Below, in pieces: positions 62,888 to 64,000 of a stretch of 64,000 nucleotides of DNA. Each line of letters starts with the position of its first letter. The stretch's first letter is position 1. The notes below the pieces were generated by a model. That model did not search any database, was not told the origin of the DNA, and worked only from the letters and a program-made list of their open reading frames with translations. Source of the DNA: Antedon mediterranea (taxonomy: Eukaryota; Animalia; Echinodermata); contig NC_092672.1 of the NCBI RefSeq assembly GCF_964355755.1, forward strand, positions 30,944,437 through 31,008,436, read 5' to 3'. The translations under genes were made by a program, and so were the position numbers.

Positions 62888-64000
62888 TTGCATCAATGGT
62901 TTTTAATTAGTTTAATTATGTTCATGTATATGGAAATTTAACTTGCATAGTATTATTATTTCGACTTGTTTATTGCATTTATGAAATGGGAAAAAGAGAA
63001 AAAACAAAATGAAATACTATTAGGGCTATCAAAATATATTAGTAAATAATAATAACAGGAAAATAATCCAACAGAATACTATAAAAACTTTTTACAAATT
63101 GAAAATAGAACTGGATACAAATCAAGACTCTCTATGCACAAGGGGCAGCGAATAATCTGTAACTTCAACCCATGTCATTCTCCTGTATAGGAGAAACAAT
63201 ATCTGGTGAGTAAACATTTTATATATTATTATAAATATTGTTCTGAATTTGAATATGCAATGTTGCAATCTGTGCACATAATAAAGTTACATTTTATAGA
63301 AGAAGAAAATACGTTTTGTTTTATACGATTACTAATACTTCATTAGGTCTATACCTAATTTTAGTTGCATAATTGTTTTTTATATTATTTTTCTATCTAT
63401 CCAGGTCCACATGAAATTAATAATATAGTAATTTACTCATTTGCAAGAATAATCAATTTATTTTGTTTTGGTTTTTAGGTGCTCAATGGAATGGTTTCAT
63501 CTCTTCAATCATAATGGGATCCGGATTTTTAGGCAGTCAGTTAATGCAGTCATTCGCTCTTTTATAGCAATTGTCTAAACGCGGCAAATGATTACATTAT
63601 TAATTATGTTAATGATAGTTTAGAAATAAAAATCTTCTATAAATAGATCAATAAATATGCGTTTAATGAATCCACATTTAGCAAATTAACATGTATATAA
63701 TGTACTAAGTTATATTATTGACCACCCAAATGTTCATGAACAGCCTACTATATGTTGACAATTTTGTACAATTTACAATAACCAATGAAAGCTTTTATAA
63801 ATACATACATTTTATACTTATTTGTGGGTTTTTTTCCATTTGTTTGAAATAAAAGATTATTTTTAACAGTTACGGTGTGATAATATTAGTTTTATCAGAA
63901 CTATTATATCTATTGGAGCAAGTTTCACTGTAACTGAGATTCCATTAGATCAAAACACGGAGTAGGGGAGACAAGAAATTAAAATTATTCACACATAATT

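Larger units (their letters stand above)
45969..64000 (+). mobile_element. Large autonomous Helentron (endonuclease-bearing Helitron-like element); far end probably outside the window
   Basis: Putative terminus AACTAG at 45969 followed by the hairpin AACTCGTC-actgtg-GACGAGTT (45980-46001). Contains a Rep-helicase-endonuclease ORF. The left boundary is inferred, not proven. Confidence 0.75.

Overview
AT-rich, repeat-dense eukaryotic DNA with GT-AG introns, LINEs, SINEs and MITEs. The gene and repeat content suggests a marine invertebrate, possibly an echinoderm-like deuterostome (inference only). Host genes: (1) a minus-strand fibrinogen-related (FReD) locus with two paralogous signal-peptide exons and one FReD C-terminal exon; (2) a three-coding-exon secreted SUEL/rhamnose-binding lectin with a PAN/apple-like domain (18885-22561); (3) a single-coding-exon LRR-Ig-TM receptor with a Tyr-rich tail (30524-32461). 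Mobile DNA: a decayed CR1/L2-group LINE nested in a TTAA-flanked DNA element, a Sola2-like remnant interrupted by a tRNA-derived SINE, several MITE families (two of which have seeded tandem repeats), and a very large, apparently intact Helentron-type rolling-circle element from about 45969 to beyond the window end. The Helentron ORF (3086 aa, uninterrupted) carries a hydrophobic N-terminus, a PHD finger, two unrelated ubiquitin-protease-type domains (herpes tegument/C76-like and OTU), an HUH Rep, a PIF1 helicase and an AP endonuclease. It is preceded by a ~5 kb array of 16 units of ~343 bp, each holding a 32-nt segment framed by a consensus splice acceptor and donor. This array plus the polyprotein is the most unusual system in the window. 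All calls were made by eye; no searches were run.
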